From: a virus
Taxonomy: Duplodnaviria; Caudoviricetes
DNA length: 39,411 nucleotides
Reading direction: 5' to 3' (one strand)
IMG/VR virus record: IMGVR_UViG_3300031890_000028
Location: 1-39,411 of that record
The notes beneath the pieces were generated by a model, which was not told where the DNA came from, did no database searches, and saw only the letters and a program-made list of their open reading frames with translations. Shown piece by piece: positions 27,455 to 35,009 of this stretch (positions are counted from its first letter, which is position 1; each line of letters starts with the position of its first letter). Made by a program: the position numbers and the translations under genes.

Positions 27455-27885
27455 GACTTGATCTCCTGGACGGCGAACGGCTGGTGCTGGATGGCGTCGG
27501 CGGGCCCGGTGCAGATGCGGCACATCTTCTCGTGCTCGCCGCCGGAGAACCGGTGGTAGGGATTGTCGGCGCGCTGCCACAGCCGGGCCCGGCGGTCGGC
27601 GTCGGCCGTGTCGCCGACCGCCCACAGCTCTAGTCCGCCCGGGTACCCGGCGGGCCGGGCCTGGCTGATGATCAGGAACGCCGTCAGCACGGCCGGGTCG
27701 GTGCCGTTGATCATCTCCTCGACCTGCAGGGCCAGCTTGCGCTCGTTGCGCAGCCTCTCCCGGTACGGGGCCAGGGGTGCGCCTTGGTTGCGGCGGCTGC
27801 CCGCCTCACGGCGCAGCTGCTCGGCATGGGCGTGCAGCGCTTCCTGCAGCAGCTGCCAGACGGCGCCGGGATCGGCGGTGCTCAC
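27451..27885 (-). CDS. Hypothetical protein
   Basis: GTGA-coupled; C-terminal H..CxxC..H. Confidence 0.6.
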   Translation of the reverse strand: MSTADPGAVWQLLQEALHAHAEQLRREAGSRRNQGAPLAPYRERLRNERKLALQVEEMINGTDPAVLTAFLIISQARPAGYPGGLELWAVGDTADADRRARLWQRADNPYHRFSGGEHEKMCRICTGPADAIQHQPFAVQEIKS

Positions 27886-28448
27886 GGCTTCACCGGCCAG
27901 TCGCTCGCGCCGGCCTGCCAGGCGGCCTGCCGGAACTTCTCGCTGGCCTCGCCGGCCTTGCGGATGATCGCGGTCAGCACCCAGGGCACGTTCTTCTCGG
28001 GCACGCCGGCGGTCAGGGCGATCAGCTGGGCCATCACGACCAGGCGGTGCTGGTTGGCTTCCTCGCCCGCCAGCGGGTCCAGGGCGATCCGGGCGGCGTT
28101 CGTGATCAGCGTGGTGATGTTCGCGAACAGGGCCCCGCACGGCTCGTGCGGCAGGCTGCTCACGTTCGCGCCGTCGCTGCGCGCGTCGCAGTTCTCGGTG
28201 TTCTCGTACTCCTCGTACCGCAGGTTCCACCGGGCGTCATCGCCGGTCAGCTCCAGGAATACCGGGCGCCAGCACCACCGGCACAGCGGCTCCTCGGCCA
28301 GGTCCACGCCCAGGCCGGGCGCCGCCTCGCTCATCCGCAGGAACTTGGCCAGGTGCGGCTCCAGTGCCTGCGGGCCCGTCAGCGGGCGCCCGTAGCGGGC
28401 CAGCATCTCCCGGTCAGTCCGCCGGTTGTCGAACTCGTCGTTAGTCAT
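27882..28448 (-). CDS. Hypothetical protein
   Basis: AAGGAG RBS; CRWC motif. Confidence 0.7.
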   Translation of the reverse strand: MTNDEFDNRRTDREMLARYGRPLTGPQALEPHLAKFLRMSEAAPGLGVDLAEEPLCRWCWRPVFLELTGDDARWNLRYEEYENTENCDARSDGANVSSLPHEPCGALFANITTLITNAARIALDPLAGEEANQHRLVVMAQLIALTAGVPEKNVPWVLTAIIRKAGEASEKFRQAAWQAGASDWPVKP

Positions 28449-28461
28449 TGTCGTGATCTCC

Positions 28462-28788
28462 TTAGTGCGCTAGTGCGTTCTTGACGGCGGCGACGACATC
28501 GCCGCGCTTGGTGGTGCCCCAGGTGGGGCGGCCGGTGGTGATGCTGTCGGCGCCGACGCGGGAGACGGTCCAGCCGTACCACTTGCCGCCCCGGCCGTGC
28601 TTGTCGCTGATCTCGACTGAGCCGCCGTCCAGGTGCGGGATGAAGATGCTGGAGGTGACGCCCTGCTCCAGCTGGCCGTAGCTGACCTGCTGGTAGGGAC
28701 GGCGGTCCAGGCGGCAGGTAATGCCTTCGGCGGCCAGGTCCGCGAACAGGCGGTCCCAGCGGTCCTCGCGGGTGGCGGTGGCGGTCAT
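28462..28788 (-). CDS. Hypothetical protein
   Basis: First gene behind the promoter/operator at 28821-28849. Confidence 0.7.
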   Translation of the reverse strand: MTATATREDRWDRLFADLAAEGITCRLDRRPYQQVSYGQLEQGVTSSIFIPHLDGGSVEISDKHGRGGKWYGWTVSRVGADSITTGRPTWGTTKRGDVVAAVKNALAH

Positions 28789-28820
28789 CTCGGTGCCTCA
28801 TCTCGTTGGTGCCTGCACCA

Positions 28821-28849
28821 AGAATATCAATAAATCTTGATAATGCAAA
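28821..28849 (-). promoter_or_regulatory. Promoter/operator copy
   Basis: Minus strand TTGCAT-TATCAAGATTTATTGA-TATTCT; palindrome at 28825-28842. Confidence 0.8.
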
Positions 28850-29155
28850 TCAGCCTGGGCTGCGCTTGCGCTGCGGCCTCGGCGGCGGGAAGACGCGCCG
28901 GACCTGCTCGGGCCGGAACGAGTGGTAACCGGCGTCGTCGATCACCGTGATCCACTCCCGGGTCGTGCGCCTGCCGCTGCCCGGCCTGGGCGGCGCCACG
29001 GTGTGGTTGACGAACGTGAACGCCCCGCGCCTGCCCTCGATGGCCAGCTGCTGGCCCCTGACGACCGTCTTGCCCTGGTGGACGTAGCTCTCGCTCACCG
29101 TCCACCAGGGCGGGTAGGCCGGGCCCGCATAGGGCCGGGTGGCCTTGCCGGTCAT
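28850..29155 (-). CDS. Hypothetical protein (SH3-like beta fold possible)
   Basis: AAAGG RBS before ATG 29155; in frame with ORF 28850..29458. Confidence 0.6.
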   Translation of the reverse strand: MTGKATRPYAGPAYPPWWTVSESYVHQGKTVVRGQQLAIEGRRGAFTFVNHTVAPPRPGSGRRTTREWITVIDDAGYHSFRPEQVRRVFPPPRPQRKRSPG

Positions 29156-29160
29156 CGGGC

Positions 29161-29433
29161 TCAGCCTTTCTGCGCCCGGAAGAGTTTGCTGAGCCAGCAC
29201 GGCCCCTGGCCGCAGTACGGGCAGTCCGGTTTCGGCTTGTCGGTGGAGCAGACCGGGCACCGCTGGTGCGGGTCGTGGCCCTCCACCGGGGGAAGCGTGG
29301 CGTAGCCCTGGTCCTGCCAGTGCTTGCGCACGGCCGGGTCGTCGATCTCGGCCCGGCGCAGGTGGACCACCCGCACAGGGCTGGAGTTTCTGGGACCGCT
29401 GCTCTCGGATAGCCTGTCCCGGGGCTCGCTCAT
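29161..29433 (-). CDS. Small Zn-finger protein
   Basis: CPVC..CPYC; ATGA-coupled. Confidence 0.6.
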   Translation of the reverse strand: MSEPRDRLSESSGPRNSSPVRVVHLRRAEIDDPAVRKHWQDQGYATLPPVEGHDPHQRCPVCSTDKPKPDCPYCGQGPCWLSKLFRAQKG

Positions 29434-29726
29434 GACGTCTGCCCCGCCTCCAGCTCACACCGGATGGTCTCGACCCGCCTGGCGGTGCCGTACAGGCCCG
29501 CGCACTCCAGCGCGGTCTGGGCGACGGCCATGATGTCGCTGCCCAGGTAATCCACGTAGTGCGCGAGGATGACGCCGAGGATGTAGGTGTCGTCCCCGGT
29601 GGGCAGGCAGGCGGTCGGCGACTGCCGGACGCCCTCCAGGATGCGGGTGAGCGCAGCTGCCTGAGCCTCGGATGTCAGGGGCAGTGCGTCCGGGTCCGTC
29701 GTCCGGGGGTTGCCGGTGGTGGTCAT
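29430..29726 (-). CDS. Hypothetical protein
   Basis: GAAGGAG RBS before ATG 29726. Confidence 0.65.
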   Translation of the reverse strand: MTTTGNPRTTDPDALPLTSEAQAAALTRILEGVRQSPTACLPTGDDTYILGVILAHYVDYLGSDIMAVAQTALECAGLYGTARRVETIRCELEAGQTS

Positions 29727-29727
29727 G

Positions 29728-30702
29728 TCAGTTCTCCTTCGCGGGAGCCAGGCTGGCTCCGGTCGCGGGGTCCAGCCGGGCCCCGTCCCTGATGTTCTTC
29801 TTGACGGCGCTGGCGATGGTCCGGCCGATCGCGGCCTGGTCCGCGCCCCAGCCCGGGTGCTCGGCCTCGCGGGCCAGCAGGACGGCCCTGGCCCGCACGG
29901 AAGCCGCGAGGGTCTCGGCGTGGCTCGGGTGCTCGCCGCGCCCGTAGTAGTCGCGGTACTCGACCTCATCGCGCAGGACCTTCAGCGCGCCGGCCACGGT
30001 GGTGACCCAGCCCGAGGTGTCGCGGAACTGCTCGATCATGCGCAGCTGCTTGGCGTCCTTGACGGCCTGGCGGGCGGCCCTGGCGGCCTCGCGCTCGGCG
30101 CGGGTCCGCTCGTCGGCGACCTGGCCGAGGGTCATGGACCGCTGCTCGACCGGGGCGGCCGGGAAGCAGACGCTGCACAGCGCCGGGCCCAGCTTCTCCA
30201 CCGCCTCATCGACGGTCAGGCCGGACAGGTCCGGGCGCCAGGCCATCGGGGTGCTCCAGCGGACGGTCGGGCAGTCGCGGTAGCTCGCGTGGATGTGCCC
30301 GTCCCGGTTCCCGCACGGGAAGAACCGCTGCCACCGGTTGCCGGGGCGGCGGTAGATGTCCTCCATCTGGGTGACGGCCAGCAGCGCGGCGGCCACCTCA
30401 CTGCCGGTGGTCTCGTAGTAGGCCAGCGCCTGCGCCGGGTCGATGCCGTGGCGGGACTCGCCGGCCGCAGCCATGATCCGGGCGGTCTGCATGACCTCGC
30501 CCATCGTGCGGCGCCACAGGCGCTGGCGTCCCTCCCGGCGGTCTTCTGCCACGGAGTGGATGCGGTCCCCGGCGCCCTCGTGCTGCCGCCCGGCCTGCTC
30601 CCAGGCGCGGTAGCGGTCGGCCAGCAGGTCGTCGAACGTGTGCGGGTGGGCGGCCAGATCGGTCAGGAACTCCTCGTCAAAGGTCTTGGTCTCGGTGCTC
30701 AT
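29728..30702 (-). CDS. Hypothetical phage protein with H/C Zn-binding motifs
   Basis: GAGGAG RBS; GHIH..C..W.P.LSG..ALCSVCFPAAP. Confidence 0.75.
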   Translation of the reverse strand: MSTETKTFDEEFLTDLAAHPHTFDDLLADRYRAWEQAGRQHEGAGDRIHSVAEDRREGRQRLWRRTMGEVMQTARIMAAAGESRHGIDPAQALAYYETTGSEVAAALLAVTQMEDIYRRPGNRWQRFFPCGNRDGHIHASYRDCPTVRWSTPMAWRPDLSGLTVDEAVEKLGPALCSVCFPAAPVEQRSMTLGQVADERTRAEREAARAARQAVKDAKQLRMIEQFRDTSGWVTTVAGALKVLRDEVEYRDYYGRGEHPSHAETLAASVRARAVLLAREAEHPGWGADQAAIGRTIASAVKKNIRDGARLDPATGASLAPAKEN

Positions 30703-30734
30703 ATGATCTCCTCGGTGCGCGGGCGTATAACCCA

Positions 30735-30763
30735 ATAATATCAATAAATCTTGGTATTGCAAA
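30735..30763 (-). promoter_or_regulatory. Promoter/operator copy
   Basis: TATCAATAAATCTTGGTA at 30739-30756; minus strand TTGCAA..TGATATTAT. Confidence 0.75.
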
Positions 30764-30772
30764 ACCGGGCGG

Positions 30773-31039
30773 TCAGCCCGGCTCCTCCTTCGCCCCCGGC
30801 AGCCCGGCCCGCAGCACCTGCTCGTGCCTGGCGCAGACCGTGATCCGCACCGCGCCGCCGGGGACCGCCACCATGACGACCTGGCTGGCGGGGTCCGTGC
30901 ACACGAACATCAGGCCGGCCCGGATGTCCTGCCGCCTGCGCTCCTCCGGCGATGGCGGCTCGCAGAACGCGCACTGCCCCGGCCCGGCTCCGGCCGGGGC
31001 CAGCGGCCGGGGCCGGGGCAGTCGCCAGGGCCTGCGCAT
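30773..31039 (-). CDS. Small CxxC protein
   Basis: TGATG coupling; CAFC..C..CARH. Confidence 0.5.
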   Translation of the reverse strand: MRRPWRLPRPRPLAPAGAGPGQCAFCEPPSPEERRRQDIRAGLMFVCTDPASQVVMVAVPGGAVRITVCARHEQVLRAGLPGAKEEPG

Positions 31040-31518
31040 CAGAGGTCCTCTCCCGGCGCGAACGGCCGCTGCACCGAGTCCGGGAACTCCGGGTCGTCCT
31101 CGCCGACGCTGCGCTCGCTGAACCCGGCCGGGATCCGCACGCCGGGCGGCAGGCACCAGATCCAGTACTGGTTCGCGGTGTCCACCGTGCGGTCCCGGGC
31201 CGGGTGGATCTGGAATCCCTCGACGTCCTCCCCGGCGATCTCGTTCTTGATGATCTGCAGGTGCCGCCAGTCCCAGGCCGGCTTGTGGTCGGCCCGCCGG
31301 ATCGACAGCAGGAAGACGTGCCCCTCCGGGTTTCGCCTGACCGTGCAGATGTACCGGTCGTTGCGCCATATCTCGGCGCCGCTCTCGACCAGGGCGGCGA
31401 CGGCCGGGTCCGTGGCCGCCCTGGCGGCCAGCGCCGGCGGGAGGACCAGGGTGGCCGGCTTCATCGGGATCCACGGCCGCTGGCCCTGGTTCCCGGCCGG
31501 GCGCCTCGGCGTGCTCAT
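31039..31518 (-). CDS. Conserved phage hypothetical protein
   Basis: LSIRR..DWRHLQIIKNEIAG..QIHP..VDTANQYWIW. Confidence 0.7.
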   Translation of the reverse strand: MSTPRRPAGNQGQRPWIPMKPATLVLPPALAARAATDPAVAALVESGAEIWRNDRYICTVRRNPEGHVFLLSIRRADHKPAWDWRHLQIIKNEIAGEDVEGFQIHPARDRTVDTANQYWIWCLPPGVRIPAGFSERSVGEDDPEFPDSVQRPFAPGEDL

Positions 31519-31751
31519 GACTGCGGGCGCTTCGCGCGGGCCCGGCTGCTTTCCGCGCTCTCGATCAGCTCGACATCGCCGGCCAGGCGGACGTACATCG
31601 CGCCGGCGGCATGCCCTGGCTGCCCGGTGGTGCGGATGGAGATGTTCTGCTTCCGGCTGCCCCAGGGCTCCCGGGTCACGCGGCCGGTCAGCATGGTGCG
31701 GGCCTCGTCGCCCTGGCAGAACCGCACCAGGTCCCCTGTCTCGAAATCCAT
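31515..31751 (-). CDS. Small SH3/KOW-like protein
   Basis: MDFETGDLVRF..TGRV; GGAG RBS. Confidence 0.6.
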   Translation of the reverse strand: MDFETGDLVRFCQGDEARTMLTGRVTREPWGSRKQNISIRTTGQPGHAAGAMYVRLAGDVELIESAESSRARAKRPQS

Positions 31752-31764
31752 GTCAGTGCTCCGT

Positions 31765-32031
31765 TCAGCTCAGGAAGGCGGGGTCGGCGTTGAGGATCTC
31801 CCACGTCTTGTCGACCAGCCTGCGGATGATGTCGGCGGGCAGGGACGCGTCCTGGGCGGCGATCAGCCGCATCAGCTCCTCGGCGATCAGCGCGCGGTGC
31901 AGTTCCTTGCCCAGGCGCGGGGCCGTGCCGTTCCAGTTCTTCTTGACGGCCTGGACGGCGAGGCCGTACATGCGCTCGGCGCGCCGGGCCAGCTGGCGCT
32001 GCGTCTCGGTGAGTTCGGTCGCGGTTTCCAT
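31765..32031 (-). CDS. Hypothetical protein
   Basis: TGATG coupling, AAGGAAG RBS. Confidence 0.65.
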   Translation of the reverse strand: METATELTETQRQLARRAERMYGLAVQAVKKNWNGTAPRLGKELHRALIAEELMRLIAAQDASLPADIIRRLVDKTWEILNADPAFLS

Positions 32032-32438
32032 CAGCGCTTCCTTCCGTAGTTGACCCAGCAGCCGCCACGGCCGTTGGTGATGATGTACCGCTCTTCGGTC
32101 ATCCAGCGGAGCGTCCGGCCGATGTCGGTGTCGCTGTAAGACTTCAGCGCGGCGCGGTTCGCGATCGAGCTGAAGTTCCACCACACGCCGGCCGGCTTGG
32201 ACTCCAGCACCTGCTGCTCGATGATGTCGGCGATCGCGTAGATCACCTCCATGTCGGTGCCCCGGTAGTCCCTGGGCCTGGTCGGCAGGCTGAATATGGC
32301 GCTGATAGCGGTGACGGGCTCGTCGGCGTGGAAGCTGTCCGGCTTCCCGTCCCACTGGCACGGGCTGGTGCCGCATGCGTCGCAGAACTCGCGGTTGTAG
32401 CGCTCCTCGCGGGAGTCGCGCTGCTCGGTCTGGTCCAT
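32031..32438 (-). CDS. Hypothetical protein with possible winged-helix C-terminus
   Basis: GAAGGAG RBS before ATG 32438; CDAC; FSSIANRA..IGRTLRWM. Confidence 0.65.
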   Translation of the reverse strand: MDQTEQRDSREERYNREFCDACGTSPCQWDGKPDSFHADEPVTAISAIFSLPTRPRDYRGTDMEVIYAIADIIEQQVLESKPAGVWWNFSSIANRAALKSYSDTDIGRTLRWMTEERYIITNGRGGCWVNYGRKR

Positions 32439-32469
32439 CGGTGCTCCTTCTCGTCGGTGTCGTAAGTCC

Positions 32470-32498
32470 ATGATATCAATAAACCTTGATATCGCAAA
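32470..32498 (-). promoter_or_regulatory. Promoter/operator copy
   Basis: GATATCAATAAACCTTGATATC, extended palindrome at 32472-32493. Confidence 0.8.
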
Positions 32499-32675
32499 TC
32501 AGAGCCGGGCGAAGACGTCCTCGATCAGGTGATCGGGGCAGAGCCTGGTGAACTCCGGCTGGGCCTTGTCAGGCGCGCACCTCCGGCAGGCCTGCACCCG
32601 GGCGCGCAGCTCCGGGCCGATCAGCTCGGTGCGGCGCAGCGTGGAGACCGGGTTCACCTTGCGCTTGGTGCTCAT
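32499..32675 (-). CDS. Small CxxC..CxxH protein
   Basis: TGATG coupling to the ardC stop, GGAGGAGG RBS. Confidence 0.6.
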   Translation of the reverse strand: MSTKRKVNPVSTLRRTELIGPELRARVQACRRCAPDKAQPEFTRLCPDHLIEDVFARL

Positions 32676-33703
32676 CAGTCCTCCTCCCCGGGGTCCTCGC
32701 CCCAGCTGACGCCGAGGATGTGGTCGACGGCGCGCTGCGCCTGGGCGGCGGCCTGGATGACCCACTTCGGCTCGGACTCCAGCTTGGCCAGCCAGTTGGC
32801 GAGGTAGGCGGCCGAATTGGCGAACGTGGCCGGGGTTTCGATGCCCGCCGTGGCCATCAGCATCGCCGCGCCCATCTCGGCGGCCAGCTCCTCCTTGGAG
32901 TACCGCTCGGACCCGAAGTGGTCGAAGTGCTCGATGCCGGGCCGGTTCAGCCGGGACGGGTGGCCGGTGGAGTGGGTGTCCTCGTGGAAGACCGTGCTCC
33001 AGTACTCGGCCTCGGCCTCGGTCTCGCTCTCGGCCGCGTAGGCGGCCAGCGGCGGCACGTGGATGCCGTTGTGCAGGTCGTAGTAGGCCCGGTCGCCGTG
33101 CTCGGTGAAGTTCAGCCCGGCCCGCTCGATGTAGGCCTTGTGGATCTCCAGCGCCCGCAGCATCTGCTGGACGCGGGTGGGGGCCCCGGGGGCCTCGGTC
33201 GGCGCGAACCGCCCGGGGGCGCCGGTCACCTGCTCGTAGTTGAAGACCACGTAGGAGTTCAGCATCGGGATGCGCTTCTTGATCGGCCGGCCCGTCCTGG
33301 GGCTGATCTCGTCGGTGTCGACGTAGATCTGCTTCCAGAAGATGATGGCCGTGCCATGCTGGCCGGCCAGCCCGGCCCACCGGGTGCCGTCCGGGTTCGC
33401 CCAGTACCAGCCCCGGCGGCTGTCGTCAGCGGTCTTCACCGCGCCGCAGGCTTCGGCCCACTGGTTGTAGCTGCCCCACCACGGGCTCGTGAAGGGCTCG
33501 GTGGCCAGCACGATCGGGTTGACGCCCCGGTAGGGCTTCTTGCTCTTGATGTTCACCGGCCATGCCACGGCTCCGCCGGCCGCGCTCCACTTCTTGCGCC
33601 ACGGGACGGTGCCTTCCCGGAGCTGGGCGATCATGCGGTTGGTGATCGTGTTGTAGATCGCGTCCTGGCGGGTGCTCTGGCTGCGGGTTTTGGTGCCTGG
33701 CAT
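32675..33703 (-). CDS. ardC: ArdC-family antirestriction protein (ssDNA-binding plus zincin-like domain)
   Basis: IT..IAQL..G.VPWRK.W, Y.GVN, VFNYEQ, HE.THSTGH..RL.R, Y..EEL.AE.GA; true start ATG 33703 behind GAGGGAG. Confidence 0.9.
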   Translation of the reverse strand: MPGTKTRSQSTRQDAIYNTITNRMIAQLREGTVPWRKKWSAAGGAVAWPVNIKSKKPYRGVNPIVLATEPFTSPWWGSYNQWAEACGAVKTADDSRRGWYWANPDGTRWAGLAGQHGTAIIFWKQIYVDTDEISPRTGRPIKKRIPMLNSYVVFNYEQVTGAPGRFAPTEAPGAPTRVQQMLRALEIHKAYIERAGLNFTEHGDRAYYDLHNGIHVPPLAAYAAESETEAEAEYWSTVFHEDTHSTGHPSRLNRPGIEHFDHFGSERYSKEELAAEMGAAMLMATAGIETPATFANSAAYLANWLAKLESEPKWVIQAAAQAQRAVDHILGVSWGEDPGEED

Positions 33704-33734
33704 TGGGTGCTCCCTCTTGTCGGTGCCTGCACCC

Positions 33735-33763
33735 AGAATATCAATAAACCTTGATAATGCAAA
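33735..33763 (-). promoter_or_regulatory. Promoter/operator copy driving ardC
   Basis: Minus strand TTGCAT-TATCAAGGTTTATTGA-TATTCT; palindrome at 33739-33756. Confidence 0.8.
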
Positions 33764-33768
33764 ACCGG

Positions 33769-34014
33769 TCAGGGTCCCCAGGAGTGCCAGCTCCTCGTCG
33801 CCCAGATGCGCTTGGCCTGGAACCACAGCCCCACGGCCAGGACCACGGTGTTCAGCACGGCCAGGATGGCTGCGGCCAGGGGGCTGACCCGGAACAGGAC
33901 GGCGATGACCGCGAAGAGGGCCGGGATCATGACCCGGATCATCGGCACGATCAGCGTCGCGTGATGCCACCAGAATCCGTGCACGGCGCGGCTGGCTCTG
34001 CGGAGAGCGATCAT
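33769..34014 (-). CDS. Small two-TM membrane protein (leaderless)
   Basis: Two hydrophobic helices; TGA-TATCGT -10 ends 6 nt before the ATG, within a degenerate operator (34025-34042). Confidence 0.65.
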   Translation of the reverse strand: MIALRRASRAVHGFWWHHATLIVPMIRVMIPALFAVIAVLFRVSPLAAAILAVLNTVVLAVGLWFQAKRIWATRSWHSWGP

Positions 34015-34082
34015 GCGCCGACGATATCAATGAACCTAGGTACCTGCCAAGCCGCCTCGGAAGGGAAGAGGAGGCGCGGCCG

Positions 34083-35009
34083 ATGCAGCTGGACGAAAGG
34101 TTCGTAAGTATCGCGAACCTGGTCAAACTAGGACACGACCCGGGGGATCCGATTCTTTGTTCGCATTGCCCGTTCTGCGGCAGCGGGCAGATCACCGGGC
34201 GGTCAGACGGCGGCATCGACTGCGCCTTCTGCGGCCAGTCCTTCATCGTCCGCGTGCAGCCAGCATTTCCAGGAATGCCCCAGGCCCCGGGGATGGGCGC
34301 CCCGACCGACGCCGGCCCCGACATGGGCGCGATGCCTCCGCCCGGAATGGGGGAAGGCGGGATGCCGCCTGGCGCCGGGGGCCCGCCCGGCGCTGAGGGC
34401 GAGGAGGGCCCGCCGTTCGGCGAAGAGGGTGCGGAAGGCGAGGAGGGCGGCCCCCCTGGCGAAGCGGCGGAAGAAGAGGGCGACCAGGAGGACGAGGAGA
34501 AAGGCGCACCCCCGTTCCCCCCGAAGAAGAAGGCCGCCCGCGCCGCCGCCCCCGCCGCCCGAGCCGCCTACCGGACCCTAGCCGGCGACCTGCTGGACGA
34601 GGACCGCTACGTCCGGCACCTGGCCATCCTGCACTCCGGCTTCTCCCCGGCCGTCATCCGGCTGGTCCGCCAGGGATACCTGACGACCGGCGACACCCCG
34701 CACCACCGCGCCAAGTACGACGAGGGCTACTCCGCCTCGGAGAACGCCTACGAGCACGAGATCGCCGGGCGGTCCCCGCTGGAGGAAGCGGACCTGCGCG
34801 GCGAGCCCGACTCCTGGTACCAGGGCTACATGGACCACGCCACCGACCGGCCCTACGGCCACGCGATCGAGTGCCCGGCCCATGACCACGACGTGCCCGG
34901 CTGCACGCTGGTCGACTACCCCGAGAAGTTCGATCCCGCCTACACCCGCCAGCACGACACGGCCTGGCTGGGCGAGCACCGCATCAAGGGCTCCCGGGCG
35001 GCCTCGTGA
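34083..35009 (+). CDS. Zn-ribbon protein preceding the portal (probable morphogenesis protein)
   Basis: GAGGAGG RBS; HCPFCGSGQ..SDG..CAFC; acidic/Pro-rich linker; GTGA-coupled to the portal. Confidence 0.7.
   Translation: MQLDERFVSIANLVKLGHDPGDPILCSHCPFCGSGQITGRSDGGIDCAFCGQSFIVRVQPAFPGMPQAPGMGAPTDAGPDMGAMPPPGMGEGGMPPGAGGPPGAEGEEGPPFGEEGAEGEEGGPPGEAAEEEGDQEDEEKGAPPFPPKKKAARAAAPAARAAYRTLAGDLLDEDRYVRHLAILHSGFSPAVIRLVRQGYLTTGDTPHHRAKYDEGYSASENAYEHEIAGRSPLEEADLRGEPDSWYQGYMDHATDRPYGHAIECPAHDHDVPGCTLVDYPEKFDPAYTRQHDTAWLGEHRIKGSRAAS

Noticed and set aside
33704-34324. N-terminal extension of the ArdC ORF to 549 aa
   Set aside because: It crosses the promoter/operator and other genes; the RBS-supported start is 33703
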